From assembly GCA_002189035.1 (NCBI GenBank), contig NEEC01000011.1, positions 744,001 to 808,000 of the forward strand: 64,000 nucleotides of DNA, read 5' to 3'. This document shows positions 12,621 through 25,663 of the stretch, piece after piece. The stretch comes from Utricularia gibba (lineage: Eukaryota; Plantae; Magnoliophyta). The notes below the pieces were generated by a model. It did not search any database and was not told where the DNA came from. It saw only the letters and a program-made list of their open reading frames with translations. How positions within the stretch are numbered: position 1 is the first letter of the stretch; each line of letters starts with the position of its first letter. The position numbers were made by a program, and so were the translations under genes.

Positions 12621-14048
12621 GTTTGCCTCTCACCATGGCTTGGGTGGCCAAGATGTCACAAAAGCAATAGAATTTTAAAAATTTTGAGAATCCCAAACGT
12701 AGATCTTGGAATACGGTATACATCAGACAAAGGGATACTGAAAATACCTTTCAGATGACTCTATTGTTCACCAACCACCAATAGCGACCTCTATGGTATC
12801 CACACGTGGAGCACTCCGTCGACAACCTTCTTCAGGCTGTAGAATGCTGGTCGATCTACTGAGGTGCTAGTAGAGAAAATCGCTCCCTTGGATCAATCTC
12901 AGAGAGCACAAGGATGTTGGAAGCAGATCTATAGATCTAAATCTTTTGATAGATATATGGTAACATATCAAATCATATCTCCATAAAGATCCTATCTTGT
13001 GGAAATATGTATATGTTCCAAATCTTATTTATATCAAATCTTTTATTTTCAGTTTAATTAACATTAATCTCAAAATAACTCTCTATTTAATTTATCCACT
13101 TTATCAATTATATCTCATGTAATTGTGTCATTCTATTTTATATCGATGAGTGACTCCCCTATTGTGTGTGACCCAATAGGCTTCTTCAATCAAGGTCGTA
13201 ATAAAAGATTTATTAAGTAACTCTTAATTAATCAAATCCATCATTATCGATCATGAGTGATGCCTAGCAACATATCATGATTCCCAAGATTAAAAGAATA
13301 ATCAGGTGAACTGATTGAGCCTTTCCATGACCAGCCACCATGCAATGAGCAACTTTCATCACACTTATATGTCATTCGATATCAGAACATGGGTGTGTGT
13401 CATTACCCTAAGCCTAGAACCTATTGTTAGGCTTTGATGCAATCACTTGAGATATGATCTTATCGCTAACATGGGTGATGAATCCTTTATTGATCAATCA
13501 ACTATCTCCAACCATAAGGAGTCACATCCCTACTCATCCATACTAAGCAAGCCATGGTTAGACTCCCATTAGTAATGAGCGAAATTGTATGTTTAAGATT
13601 AAGATAACTTTGTTGACCTCAAGTCTAAGCTTACTTGTATGACTATCATATTTGAGATCTTCCTACTGACACTTGGTTAGCTTCCCATAGTAGCATCTCG
13701 AAGATGAGTCATCTAGCGAATCGATTCTCTAATCGACACCCACACATAGGTTCTAATAATCTTATTACATCAATTATGAAAACCATTGCCTAAACAATTT
13801 AGGGAACTCAATGTGTGCCAGCCTATCCGTTGTGATATCCTCATTTCACAAATACTTTAGCTAGAGAGTTTTTAACTTGAACATAAATGCTTGAAGAATC
13901 TCACATTATGATCTCATGATAATTTCTATAGCACATAGATCAAATAGATGATTTTATCAATGATGTAAACTTGATCACAATTTAAAGTAAACATCAAAAG
14001 ATAAGATCTACAAATGAGTTGATTGTCTATAGAACACATACACTAACA
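12620..14048 (-). mobile_element. Angela-like copia LTR (copy 1)
   Basis: Reverse-complement homologue of 30466-31917; TGTTAGTGTATGTGTTCTA 5' end at 14048; no TSD. Confidence 0.8.
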
Positions 14049-15066
14049 CTTTTCATGTGATTATCAATGCATGCAATCAGTGTCACATTAATAGATTTGG
14101 TCTTAACTAGGATTAAGTCAGAATTATGATGGAATATAGTAAAGAAAAATAATAAACTTTTGTATTTGGTTGTTCCTAGAATGAAATGGGTGATACCTTA
14201 GGATGTGATGCACATAGCGGGATGTCTAGGAAATGTATGCTTATCACTAAACATGCTCACACAAACCATAAATAAAACAACTAACAAAGAAAGTCTAGGT
14301 CTATCCGGACTCTTGTTTTCCCCCTAATCTTTGGTCGACCTCTAATTAGGATTGTTAAGATGAGTTTCCCCCTAATCATGACTTATGGTTAATAAAATTT
14401 AAAGATTGATTAGCACATTTCTCTCATTTTCACTCAAGTCACCCCTCTAAGTCATTAGCCACTCATAACGAAGGAAAAGAAAACACTTTCATAACCTAGA
14501 AACCAGAACATGTTTATGTCGTTGTGCAACAATAAGAAAGAAACGTAAATAGAAATAGAAGATGATAAACAGTTCACGCTTAAAGCTAAAGTTATTCCTA
14601 ATTAGGAATAGTATTCCTCATAAACAAAAAGTTCAAGTGTAGTTGAAATCTTCTTCTTCGACCTCCATGGTTCTTCTGTTACTTCCCCACCAGATCTCCC
14701 TTGCCAGAGTTGTTTTCGTGTTCTTCAATGGGAGAGATAGTTTTCTCTTTCTTCATTATTCCAAAAATCTACTTTTCTTCTTCACATTGAGATTTGGTGT
14801 ACTTCTTTCAGCTTTTTGTTCATATCATGTTCATTGTACTCTTTTTAGCTCCTAGGGAACTGAATTGGCCGACAATTGCTGCATTGCTCAAGAAAGTGAT
14901 TAGAACAAAGGTTGGGAATAAATCAAGACTTAGTCTCAATTAGGAATAAAAGACGCATACTATGTCTATAATCAGGAAAATGCAGAAACACACAATATAA
15001 TACGAGTTTTATAATAAAATATAAATCATTTTTCTACCTTAAAACACTCAAAAATATGTGTTATTA
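14049..15066 (-). mobile_element. Athila-like LTR (3' end lost)
   Basis: 14049-14480 aligns with 31922-32380; ends ...CACTCAAAAATATGTGTTATTA, like ...CACTCAAAAATGTGTTATCA at 32900. Confidence 0.75.
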
Positions 15067-16520
15067 GGATGCAATGCACATGAAGACCTTACACTGTCCG
15101 TGATATAAGTTACATTAGGACTGAAGGACATTCCACAAGGTATATTGCCACTAGGGATATCATCATGTAATTCACGAATTACAAGGTCATGCTGGTTCAC
15201 GCTAGATGATGGACCAACATGTTCTATAGCAATCACCATTGGTCTTAGATTATTAGAGCTCTCAAGAGACTGAAATATGGGCAATAGAACATCTAGGAAA
15301 TCAATATCAACTAAGACATTTTTCAATAGATACACATGCTCATTGAATTTAACATTCCTTAAAATGAAGATGTCCCTAGTATATATATCATAAAGTTTAT
15401 ACCCTCGTGATCCATAAGGTATCCTAAGAATATGCATTTATGAGTGCAACGTGCCAACTTATCAAAATTAGCAATAGAGATAGAAACATCTGTGAGACAA
15501 CCAAAGACTCTCATGTGATCTAGTCTAGAAGTAGTGTTCATGAGAACTTCGAAAGACATTTTCCATTCAAAAACAGAAGAGGGTTGACAATTGATAATAT
15601 AAGTCATTGTGAGAATTGCCTCCCTCCAAAACTTGAGGGGTAAGCATACTTGAAATATCAGGGCCCTCGTTACTTCACGTAGATGCTTATATTTACGTTC
15701 CACCCTTGTATTTTGCTATGGGTGCATAGTGCAAGAGAACTAATGATGAATCCCTTTATTAGCACACAAACTCTACAGCTCATTTGTTTAAAAACTCTCC
15801 TCCTTTATCAGAGTCAAGACGCTTTGTAGTATAGCCAAAATGATTTTTTGCATAATTGAGGATAGTATGGAGATACTGATCAACCACATCTTTAGATCAA
15901 ATCAAGAAGGTCCAAGTTGCTCTTGAGAAATCATCTACAATGGTGATGAAATAGTGACTACCATTGCACATTTATACGGAGCCCACATGTCACAATGAAG
16001 AAAATAGAGTGTATAAGGTGCTCGAGGTGTATTTAGCTGGTAGGGAAGTCTATAAAATTTAGCAAATTAGCATATGTCGCGATGAGCTCCATTTAAACCA
16101 TAGAGAAGAGACATGTTTTTAGCTTTAGAGTCTAAGATATGACCAAGCCGACAATGGCATAACAAGTTTTCATGTGTGGTATTAGAGGAATTAGCAAAGA
16201 GACACATTTTAGGTACTAAAATATTCACCAATCTATTTTTCAACATCTTTGCCCCTCTTGGGTTAGCAAAAAAACAACACAAGCAGCGACATTGAAAAGG
16301 ATCATTGCCAAGCAGATATAAGCCATCCTTCTTCTGTCCAACAACACTGATCTTATTTGAACCCTGGTCTTGCAACAAACAATAGTGGTTGGAGAATATG
16401 ACCTTGATGTGAGCATCCTCTACTAATCTCTTGACAGAGAGGAGGTTATATTTGAAGTGAGGGACTAAAAGAGTATTTTGTCGTGTCAAAGCATCTGCCA
16501 ACATTATATTCTCAACACTT
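15067..16520 (-). pseudogene. Ty1/copia pol fragment (protease tail, GAG-pre-integrase, integrase)
   Basis: VPHFKYNLLSVKRL, LCHCRLGH, ERKYKHLREVTRALIFQ, HMRVFGCL, KCIFLGY motifs; likely the same element as the RT at 11960-12430. Confidence 0.85.
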
Positions 16521-16663
16521 GCAATAGGAATGGACTAATCATTTGGTAGATTAACACGGATTAGCAACAGGTTTTAAGAAATCAAAGCATACACCTAAAT
16601 ATCCAATGTGTGTGATGACTCTCAAGCTGACTATCCAGTCACATGAATTGCACACAAAGTCCC

Positions 16664-17063
16664 TCATGAACGTTGTAACTTGATGCTAAATGTTGCTGTC
16701 TAGCATGTTCAACGCATTAAAAGAAATTTATAAACTTCGCTATTTTACTACAAAAATTATAGAAATTAATATAGTATGGCAAATAAGGGTCGAATCCACA
16801 AGAAATGGTTGCAATTTCTTGAAGTTCTTTACATTTATTGAAAACAAGAGGGTTTCTCAGTTCACGTTGGGTTTACCATGAAGAGTTGAAACTCTCCAAG
16901 TATAGGTATGGATATGTCAAAAGAGATGACAACTTTGAGAATGTATGTTATTTGGGTTAATTTCCCATAGTTCGTGACTGTAGGATGACACCTATTTATA
17001 CTAGATAAGCTAATTGTTGTCTAGCACTAAATAGCAACAATTGCCAAGCGGTGAGGTAATCAT
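16664..17063 (-). mobile_element. Athila-like LTR fragment
   Basis: 16664-16860 aligns with 36960-37155 (GGTCGAATCCACA motif); interrupted by the copia at 17064. Confidence 0.55.
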
Positions 17064-17262
17064 TGTTGAAGTATGTTGTGTGTAGTGTAGTATCAGAATT
17101 TGGTTGGGCTTATATAGGTTTAATTTTCATGAGGCCCAAGTGTCTTTGTCTTGTCACACAGTATTTTCCTTTTGCCTTGTTCGTTCGAGAGACTCTTTTT
17201 CATTCCTTTGCTCCTCCTTTTCATGAGTATGAGCTCCATCATAAGTTGTAATCAGTTCAACA
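17064..17262 (-). repeat. copia 3' LTR (199 bp)
   Basis: TGTTGAA...TTCAACA termini, adjacent PPT, TATATAAG box; 17190-17255 recurs at about 22093-22160. Confidence 0.85.
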
Positions 17263-20200
17263 TCCTCCCCGTGGTGGAGTGAATCAAAGAATCTGAGCAA
17301 CCAAAGTTAGTTTTGTGATCTATTCAGATTTTGGGCAGATCGGGTATCTCTTTTGCACCTTTCTTTGATTGGTCTTCTAACATCAAATTCTTTTGGGCAT
17401 TTTTCTCAAATAAAGGGTATAATGGAGGATCTGTATCTAAGAATCCTAGCTTCTCTCTTAATTGTGTGAATTGCTTGGAGCATAGAAGTTTTGTCAATAT
17501 ATCGGATAGTTGTCTCTCTATGGGATTGTATCTAAGCTTGATCATCTTCCATTTCATATATTTTCTCACCACATGGTATTTTATTTGAATATGTTTGCTT
17601 CTCCCAAAGAATGTAGGGTTATTTCCCATCATGATGGCTGACTTATTTCCATGAATATCATCACTGAATGAATTTGAATATCTATATCCTTGAGCTGCTT
17701 TAATATCCATATGGTATGATTAGAGGCTTTTGCAACTTCCATATATTCAGCCTCTAATGATGATTAAGCAACTACAGCTTGCTTCTTACTATTCCAAGCA
17801 AGCACACATCTGTTCAACATAAAGAGGTACCCACTCATCGAGTTCATACCAGTTTGGTCACCTGCATAATCACTATCACAATAGACTTGTAGACACTATG
17901 CCATGCCTTTTGCATAAGTCAGTTTGAAAGTTTTTGTGCTGCTCAAGTATCTAAGTATTTATTTTCCAGCATCTAGATGTGTAGTTTGTGGGTTGATCAT
18001 GAATTGAGAGAGTAGATTTATGCAAAGGTGATGTTTAGTTTGGTGGCTGTTAGATACATCAAAAAACCAATGAGTTGGCTATATATGGTGCCTTCTATCC
18101 CCTGCTCTGGATTATAAAAACTTTTCCTAGCATTTGACGTAATAGGTACAGATGATGTTTTGGAAGATTCCATACCATACCGTCTTACAAGGTCACAAGT
18201 ATATCTATGCTAAGAGATGGTGATATTTAAAGCTATCTATTTAACATGTAGACCTAGAAAGTAGGTCATGAGTCCTAAGTCGGTAAGCTAAAATGTTTGC
18301 TTCAGCTTTTCTTTTCCCTATGAACCAACTCTATGCCATTCCCTATTATAAGCATATCATCTATGTATAGATAGATAATCACTTGAATTTTGTTGTGTTT
18401 GTCTCTTAATGTATATAGAGTGGTATCACTTTCACTTATGTTATATTCTTGATTTGAGAAATATTCATAAATTCTATTGTACCACCCTCAAGGGGCTTGT
18501 TATAGACCATACAGTGCTTTATGCAACCTATGAACTTTGTACCGTTGTATAATGAATCCTAGAGGTTGCTCAACATATATTTCCTCTATTAGAGTCTCAT
18601 TGAGGAATGCCGATTTGATATATAAATGGAAGATAGATCAATTTTTGCAAGTTACAACTGCAATTAGGAGTTTTATAGTGTCAAGTGTAGTCACTAGAGA
18701 AAATGTGTTCATAAATTCCTTCACATTGTGTGAACCCTTTATGCTTCCATCTGAATTTGGCTTAGTTCTAAGGACTCATTTTACTCCAATGCCTTTCCTC
18801 CCTTTAATCTTGTCCATTAGCATCCACGTTTTGTATTCTGATATAGTCTTCAGCTCATATTCCATGGCTTTCCTCCAATCAGAGTTAGTCAATGCCTAGC
18901 TTAGATTGGTAGGTTTTGAGTGGGTGAGCATACATCTATCTTGATAGAATGAGTTAATAGGTCTGAATCCTGGAACTCATGTGTCATCGTAGGTCTTGGA
19001 AAAATCTAGAGCAGGGTTTTGATTTTCATCAATCATTCTATCCTAATAAATTGCTTCATCTAGCTCAGAATTTTGAGTGCAATGCTAAGTTTTGTTTGAG
19101 CATGCTGTCTAGACAGTTGGACTCATATTACCTTTGTTCTTAAGATCATTTCTTAATTTAGAATATTCATCGTTACTTGAGTTCTGATTTTCATCTTCAT
19201 TTAAAATGTGTCCTTGAGCTTGGTTGAGGTGCCCCTCACAATTTATTGATTCCTTATCTATTTCTTCTCTATGCTCCATAGGGATTTTCTCGGTGATCAA
19301 AGGTTGAGGTAGCTTTAGACTCTTCCCTTGTCATGTTTTCATGATCCTTGGCGGAGACATCATTTTTGCAATTTTTGTATGCTTTTGATTTGTTCATTCG
19401 TTTTTCTGAGTTGTTGTTTTGAGATGTATTGTGGTAGTCATCATTTTGTCGACATTGAATGCTGAATCTTTCTTCAATTAATGAATTTTCTTCATTACGG
19501 CGTTTCTCACTTTCTGAATTCAGCATTGAGTCATCAGCTTCAAGATTGAATATGTCATACCAAGAGATTTCACCAGGATTAACATTTGAGTTAGAGACAA
19601 CTTCTAGAGAGGCAAAGATATTAGAGGTGGAATCTTTTGTTAGTATAGGATCAGCATGTAGAGGCATAGTTCCAAGGGAGGGACGAATATATATAGGTGA
19701 AGACTGAGAGACTTTCGAGATCAGCACATTGCTTTTCCAGTTCCAGGTATGCTCTTTATCGAATGCTATTGTCTGCTTCGTACTATTTTCCCTTCCAAAA
19801 GTTCCCGAATTCTATGTGCCTTTATAGTTATGCTGTAACCCATGAATACCCTTATTTGACCTTTTTTATCCAATTTTTTTCTCGGTTCCTTTGAGACAGC
19901 ATGGTAGCACACACACCCAAATACTTGTAGATGGTCTATGTAGGAACTCTGCCATTTCACAATTCGTATGAGGTCTTGAACAAGGTAGTTGCTCGACTAG
20001 GAAGCTGTTCAAAGGTAAACCACGCAATCTACAACTTCATCCCAGAATTCTTTTGGTACATTCTTCTCTAGTAACATGCATTTGGTCATGTTGAATATTG
20101 TTTGGTACCTTCGTTCACAAAACCTATTCTACTAAGGTGTGTACAATGTAGTGAATTAGTGGGTAATTCCCTTCTTTTCGCACATCTTCTTCAGTTTATG

Positions 20201-22162
20201 AGGTATGTATTCTTGGCCATTGTCTAATTATATGTATTGGATTTTCAACCCACTCTGATTTTCTACAATAGCCATGAAAATTCGAAATTTAGAGATCACT
20301 TCCACTCTTGACTTCATGAAATAGTCTCAGGTAAATTTGGAGTAATCATTTATAAATAGGATGCATAGAGCCACAGACATCAGGGTGGATAATCTCAAGA
20401 GGTGTGGAGGTGACCCAGCTGCTTCTTTCAAATAGTAAATAGCTCATTTTTTTGATATTTCAGACGTCATAGCACTCATTTACTTGTGTCACCTCATCCA
20501 TACCATCCATTAGTTTTGAGGTGTAGGATTTCTTCAGAGATGTTTGATGGTGATGCCCATATCTTCAGTAACATAATCGCATTCATTCTTTTGTTTGAGC
20601 ACTTAGACATACATACTGAACTTTAGGAATATCTCGCAAGAAGTTTATAGGGAATATTTTGTTTACCATGGGTATTGACATTAGTTCTTTACCTACATTG
20701 TCTACAATAGTACATATATGATTATCAAAAGTGATTTTGAAAATTTTGCTTACCAATTGGCCCAAACTGATCAGGTTGTGGGAAGCCACAATCAAATAGA
20801 ATACAACTTTGATATGGATAGTTCTTGATGAGTTTCCATCTTTATTGTTCCTTGACCTAGCACAGATATAGATGTTCCATTTGCTATCTCCATATTTCTG
20901 GCAATCAAGGGTTTGCACTAAGTGAATGTTGACAATATGTTTGTAATATGGTTAGTGCATCCACTGTCCAGCAACCATGTTCATTTTCTCTAAATAACAG
21001 TGAGTGTTGTGAATATTGTAGGTTTTCTTATTGTTAGTATATCAAACTAGTATTAGATAGCATCTGCTTCCTTTTCTTTAGTGGTTTCAAAGGATGCATT
21101 CCTAGAGCCCTTGAAAAAGCTTCTTGCGAAAGATTGACACTAAGTTTTCCGCTTTGTACAGATAGTTGTTTATGCACTTGTACCACAACTTCTTTCTTCA
21201 AGCTTCACACTCTTTCCACATGTCCATTTTGATTGCTAAATGCATAGGCAGTCGTGGGGTTCCACAAGAAATTTTCAGGCATGTGTGAGTTTGCAATTTT
21301 GCAGTAGCAGCATGGTGGTATTTCTGCATGAGTGTTGAAGATTGTTGGAGTCATTAGCAGAGCTGGAGGTTTGTATGCATTTTTTATTTTTGGTTTGTAG
21401 CAACAAATGCCTTTTCTTTAGGGCTTTCTAGTTTTGTATGTAGTTCGATTTGTTGCAGGTTTTCTTGGAGCTCCATGTGAGAAACTCTTCGGATGCAGCT
21501 GGTGGCCACCTAGGTAGTGTCAAGTTGCAGGAAGTGGGAAGTGCATTTAGAATGATGTCCTTCATGCGTTCTTCATCAGGAATGGCTCCCAACAGCTCAA
21601 AGTTCATGTCTGCAGCTTTAATACTATTAGTGAGACAATCAAACGACTCACCGGGGTTCAATATCAATGATCCCAAAGCCCTCCATTGGTAGGCTGTTTG
21701 AGTGACCTTGGTTTCAGCATTTCCCAAGTACATTTTTTCAAGTTGTTCCCATGTTTCTTCAGGATTGTTGCACTCAAGTATGGATTCATATGCTTCCCCT
21801 ATTAGTGCTGAGTCTAGTGCAGGACATACCTTTTTCTCCAGCACCTTGTAGGACTTGTATTAGTCCATTGTTGGAGGTGCTCTCTCGATGAAGTACTACT
21901 CTAAGTCATTATTTGCGAAGTAGTTGTGCATTTTCTTCTACCAGGTATGAAACTCCTTGGAGTCGCCATCAAAGGTGGGGAGAGCTAGAGGAGTGCTCAT
22001 TGTATTGTGAAAAGTGATCGTGATGTTGTATGAAAGAGGGATGTGGTGAACGGAGAATGAAGCTTGTTTCTTTCTTGGTTCTTCGTGTGGGAGACTCTCT
22101 TTCATTCCTTTGCTCCTCCTTTTCACGAATATGAGCTTCATCAAAAGTTGTAAACCGTAATA
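17064..22162 (-). mobile_element. near full-length degenerate Ty1/copia element
   Basis: gag (PTFDGDSKEFHTW, about 21980), protease WLLDSGCTNH (about 20970), integrase (KLDKKGQIRVFMGYS), RT (HKALYGL, IYLYIDD), RNase H (YCDSDYAGD; RSKHIQIKYH), PPT GGGGAGGA at 17263-17270; many stops and frameshifts. Confidence 0.9.
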
Positions 22163-22338
22163 GGATGTTCTAAGACCTCAAACACTAAATGGAACTATTA
22201 TTCTAGGAAAAATGAATTTTCATATTATCAACAAAACAATGAGTTACATCTACATACTCACCAAAGAAGGAAAAAAGTAAACTAAAAACTAAATGCCGCA
22301 TAAGCAAATTAGTAGGTGTGAAAAGTGTTTCCTACGCA

Positions 22339-22875
22339 TGTACCGCACTAGAAACCCATCGATATAACCTCACCGTCGTGCATAGGCCTCCTGCATCACC
22401 TATTGTGCCCATCAATGCCAGAAGATCAGACAGCATATCATGCCCCAATAGTGTCTGATACTACCCACAATGTTACCATTGTAACAGTGGTCAGGTGTCG
22501 TTGAAACAAATAGGTTTGATACCCAGTGTCACACAATATAACAAGACTAATACTTAGATTCATGCAACAAGCGTTAAAAGTGACTTCAAGTGTGCATTGC
22601 ACATGGTGACCGAGCGTGAGCTAGGATATGTCTTGGGTAGGGCTTTTTGAATGTGAGGATAGAGGCTTTCTTATTATCCTTATAACTGAGTATCTTTCTA
22701 AATGTGAATGTGAGTTTTTCTTTTTGAGTGTGTACAAAGTGTTTGTTTTAAGTGTGAAATCGAATGCTCCTTTATAAGCATGATTCTGAGTGTCACTCCA
22801 AGTCTTTTCTAGTGTCTATTGTGAGTCTTACTGAGTGTTTGGTTTAAAATGTGCAGTTTGTGCATAAAATGACAA
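22339..22875. repeat. LTR-like dispersed repeat (homologous to about 29500-29680)
   Basis: CAAGCGTTAAAAGTGACTTCAAGTGTGCATTGCACATGGTGACCGAGC... versus CAAGTGTTAAAAGTGATCCAAAGTATGCATTCCACATGGTGATTGAGC...; possibly a Tat/Ogre LTR; termini uncertain. Confidence 0.45.
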
Positions 22876-23214
22876 GCATGTGAAACAGATCCCATATATA
22901 TATATATAACTCATTCGAGATTAATTTTTCAAAATAGTAAATAATTTGATATTATTTAAACTGTTGATTTTCTCAAATAATAGAGATTATTTATATAAAC
23001 TTATATGAATAAATAGTGAAGACTAAAAATGTCAAGTTGCAAACAATGGGACCTTATTTTGTCCAGGTTTCAAATAATAGAGATCAAATGTATGTGGATT
23101 TTCAATAGTGGTGTTTGATTATCTAAACATGGGATCCAATTTTATAATTAAATCAAAATTCAGGGACTATTCACACCAACTGCTCCTTTAACATAAATGA
23201 AAGAAATTCAATTT

Positions 23215-23348
23215 TAGTAGACTATACATAGATTATGTAAAGGCCATCCAATCCAATTTTCAAGGATTAACATACTTGAATGCATACCTCTTTGGGTTGA
23301 TGATCTACAGCATAATCTATTCTGGTAAGTGATAAACTGCGAATCCCC
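23215..23348 (-). pseudogene. ndhJ: plastid ndhJ 3' fragment (NUPT)
   Basis: Minus strand AATTGGATTGGATGGCCTTTACATAA (WIGWPL) and TATCACTTACCAGAATAG...CAACCCAAAGAGGTATGC match ndhJ. Confidence 0.65.
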
Positions 23349-23779
23349 GATGTGTGCTTTGTGCTTCTAACTTATTGGGTAGGTACCTGATAGATGGGTA
23401 CACAGGTGCGTTCGGATACCCTGATATTATTACAAAAATTTTAAAAAATATTAAATGGTTTTTATTATTTTGTAACTCTACTGACCACAATTCATCATTT
23501 GTTTTGCCTCCCTCTGGTGATTCTATTACTATTCTAATAAATTTTGTAATAGACTATCTAATTTCTGAATTAGTTACTCATTTTATTCAGAGTTTTATTT
23601 TAGTGTTTCTAGGGAATGCATAGATTTGCTTCTTGATCGTATCTGTTGTTTTTTCAGAAATCTTCACCATATGACTCAAGAGATTACACTCCTATTTCAT
23701 AAACTTAGAAGAAATCGCAGTTGAATCTAGAAATAATAATGATGATGATGATGATCATAACTGAACTTTATGAGCATAT

Positions 23780-25318
23780 ATCGAAAGAGAAAAAAAAAAG
23801 CAAGGGGATCAAAGGTGGAAATTCAACCATAAAGAGTTATTTGTGCTCTAAGGTTTTTAGACGATAAAAAAAGGGTTTTTATTTGCAAAAAAATTATGGG
23901 GCCGCAAATTGAAGAACTATAAAAGATAGAGGAAAAAACTATAAAAAAGAGGCAAATACCAAGAACTAATATAATGGAAGTTGATGGTACATCACCTACA
24001 ATTCAAGCCTCTTTTAATTTGCATTTATCACTATCTAGCTCCTTGGGAAAACTCAAAACAAAGACATCCACACAATTGAAGATAGATGATTTTTTCAATG
24101 CAGTGATATGAAATACAGAGCAATTCGATGACATTATTGCTATAATGTTTTGCTCAATACATCTTCCATTTCATCTTGCAATGAATCCATACTATGTTGA
24201 GGGTTTTTTTATTTTGGTATCAAGAACAATTTCATGTGAATTATATCTTTCTTAAAACACTATCATTTTATTTTACATGTTTTTTTAGTAAATTAATCTC
24301 TTGAATTGTAGGTTACAAGTCACCTGAATATAATAAGTTGAGGACTGCCTTTGTAAAAAGTGAAAGAGAGCATCTATTGAGAAAGTATTTACCACTACAC
24401 AAAGTACTTGGGACTCTTTAGGAGCAACATTGACGTGTGATGGATGGACCGATCCATAAAGAAGGCATTTGATAAATTTCATAGCTTTGAATGAGGATGG
24501 AGCAATGTTCATTAAAGCTATGAATTCTGAATCAAAATTCAATAATAGTGAGTATGTTGCTTCGTTAATTGAAGATACTATTAAAAAACTTGGTCCATCA
24601 AGGATAATACAAGTTCTTTAAGACATTGCAAAGTTGTGATGGGCTGCTAATCCAATTAATGAGAGAAAATATCCGAAGGTTTTGTTTATTTTATTGATTA
24701 TTATTTGATTTGATGATTTGTTATAATATTTTTTGCTTTTTTTTTGTAAATCAGTTATATTGTCTTTTTTTTTTTTTTTGCACATCTTTTGGACTCTTGT
24801 ATGTTGCACACTTTAAGCATTGTTCTGAAGGATGTTTGTGAACTAAAACAAAAGGATTAAATCAGGTATGATGCAAGCAAATGGATTTCTGAAGTCACAA
24901 GTAGAATGATGATGATTAATTATTTTATTACTAATCACGCATGAGGTTTTTCTTGTTCAAGAAATATTCAAAGTTTAAACTTTTGAATGTTGGTGAAACA
25001 AAGTTTGCCTCAGTTGTAATTATAATTAGAATATTTGTTTTGCTTAAAAAAGGGCTGAGGGTTTTGGTGATTATTGAGGATTGGTGTGAGTATCGAAATG
25101 ATAATGTTGTGAAAGCTAGAGAAGTGGAAGAAGTTTTGTTGAGTTATTCTTTTTGGGATTCTATTGAGTATACACTCTATTTCCCAAATCCAATCTATTA
25201 CATGTTGAGATTATGTGATACAAATAAATCAAGTTTACATTTGCTTATTGGGATGCGGGACACTGTTTATATGAAGGTTAAAAAAGCTATGTACACTTAT
25301 GAGCAAAAGAAATATGAA
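23780..25318 (+). pseudogene. hAT transposase pseudogene (DUF659 family)
   Basis: LPFHLAMNPYY, WDSLGATLTCDGWTDP*RRHLINF, FWTLCMLHTL (FWTPCAAHCL-like), VGETKFAS, FWDSIEY...PIYYMLRLCD. Confidence 0.85.
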
Positions 25319-25384
25319 GTCTCTATTCCTTATCAATCAAATCCTGAAGATCTATGAATTATTCCATGCTTGACTCACCAAGCA
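25318..25384 (-). pseudogene. ndhJ: plastid ndhJ 5' fragment (NUPT)
   Basis: Minus strand GCTTGGTGAGTCAAGCATGGAATAATTCATAGATCTTCAGGATTTGATTGATAAGGAATAGAGACT matches the ndhJ 5' end (AWLVKHG-x-IHRSLGFDYQGIET). Confidence 0.8.
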
Positions 25385-25660
25385 TAAAAACGATTTGCTT
25401 GTTGTGACATCATTTTAGCTGCACACATTTCTTTCTAATTTTGGTTATAGCGTCTGTAACTGCTTTAAATTTGTGGGGACAACACACCAAATAGGCATTC
25501 ACAAACAGCTATAAGAACGGGTAATGATATTCCTCCCGTAATTGTGGAGGCTCCCACAGCTATGCCATAATCCAGTGGCTGTAAACTAGAAGAAATAAAG
25601 AACCTTTATGGACTTCATCACCTGTTTAATTTTAATCTTTTTTATTGTCTAAATATTCAA
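25385..25660 (-). pseudogene. ndhK: plastid ndhK fragment with deletions (NUPT)
   Basis: GCTGTGGGAGCCTCCACAATTACGGGAGGAAT (AMGACTITGG-like) and GCAGTTACAGACGCTATAACCAAAATTAGAAAGAAA (AVIDAITKLRKK-like). Confidence 0.8.
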
Positions 25661-25663
25661 AAG

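Noticed and set aside
12615-14053. Inverted TSD (CAAAG / CTTTT) implying inversion of Angela LTR copy 1
   Set aside because: 4 of 5 match in AT-rich DNA with an uncertain left boundary; compatible with chance.
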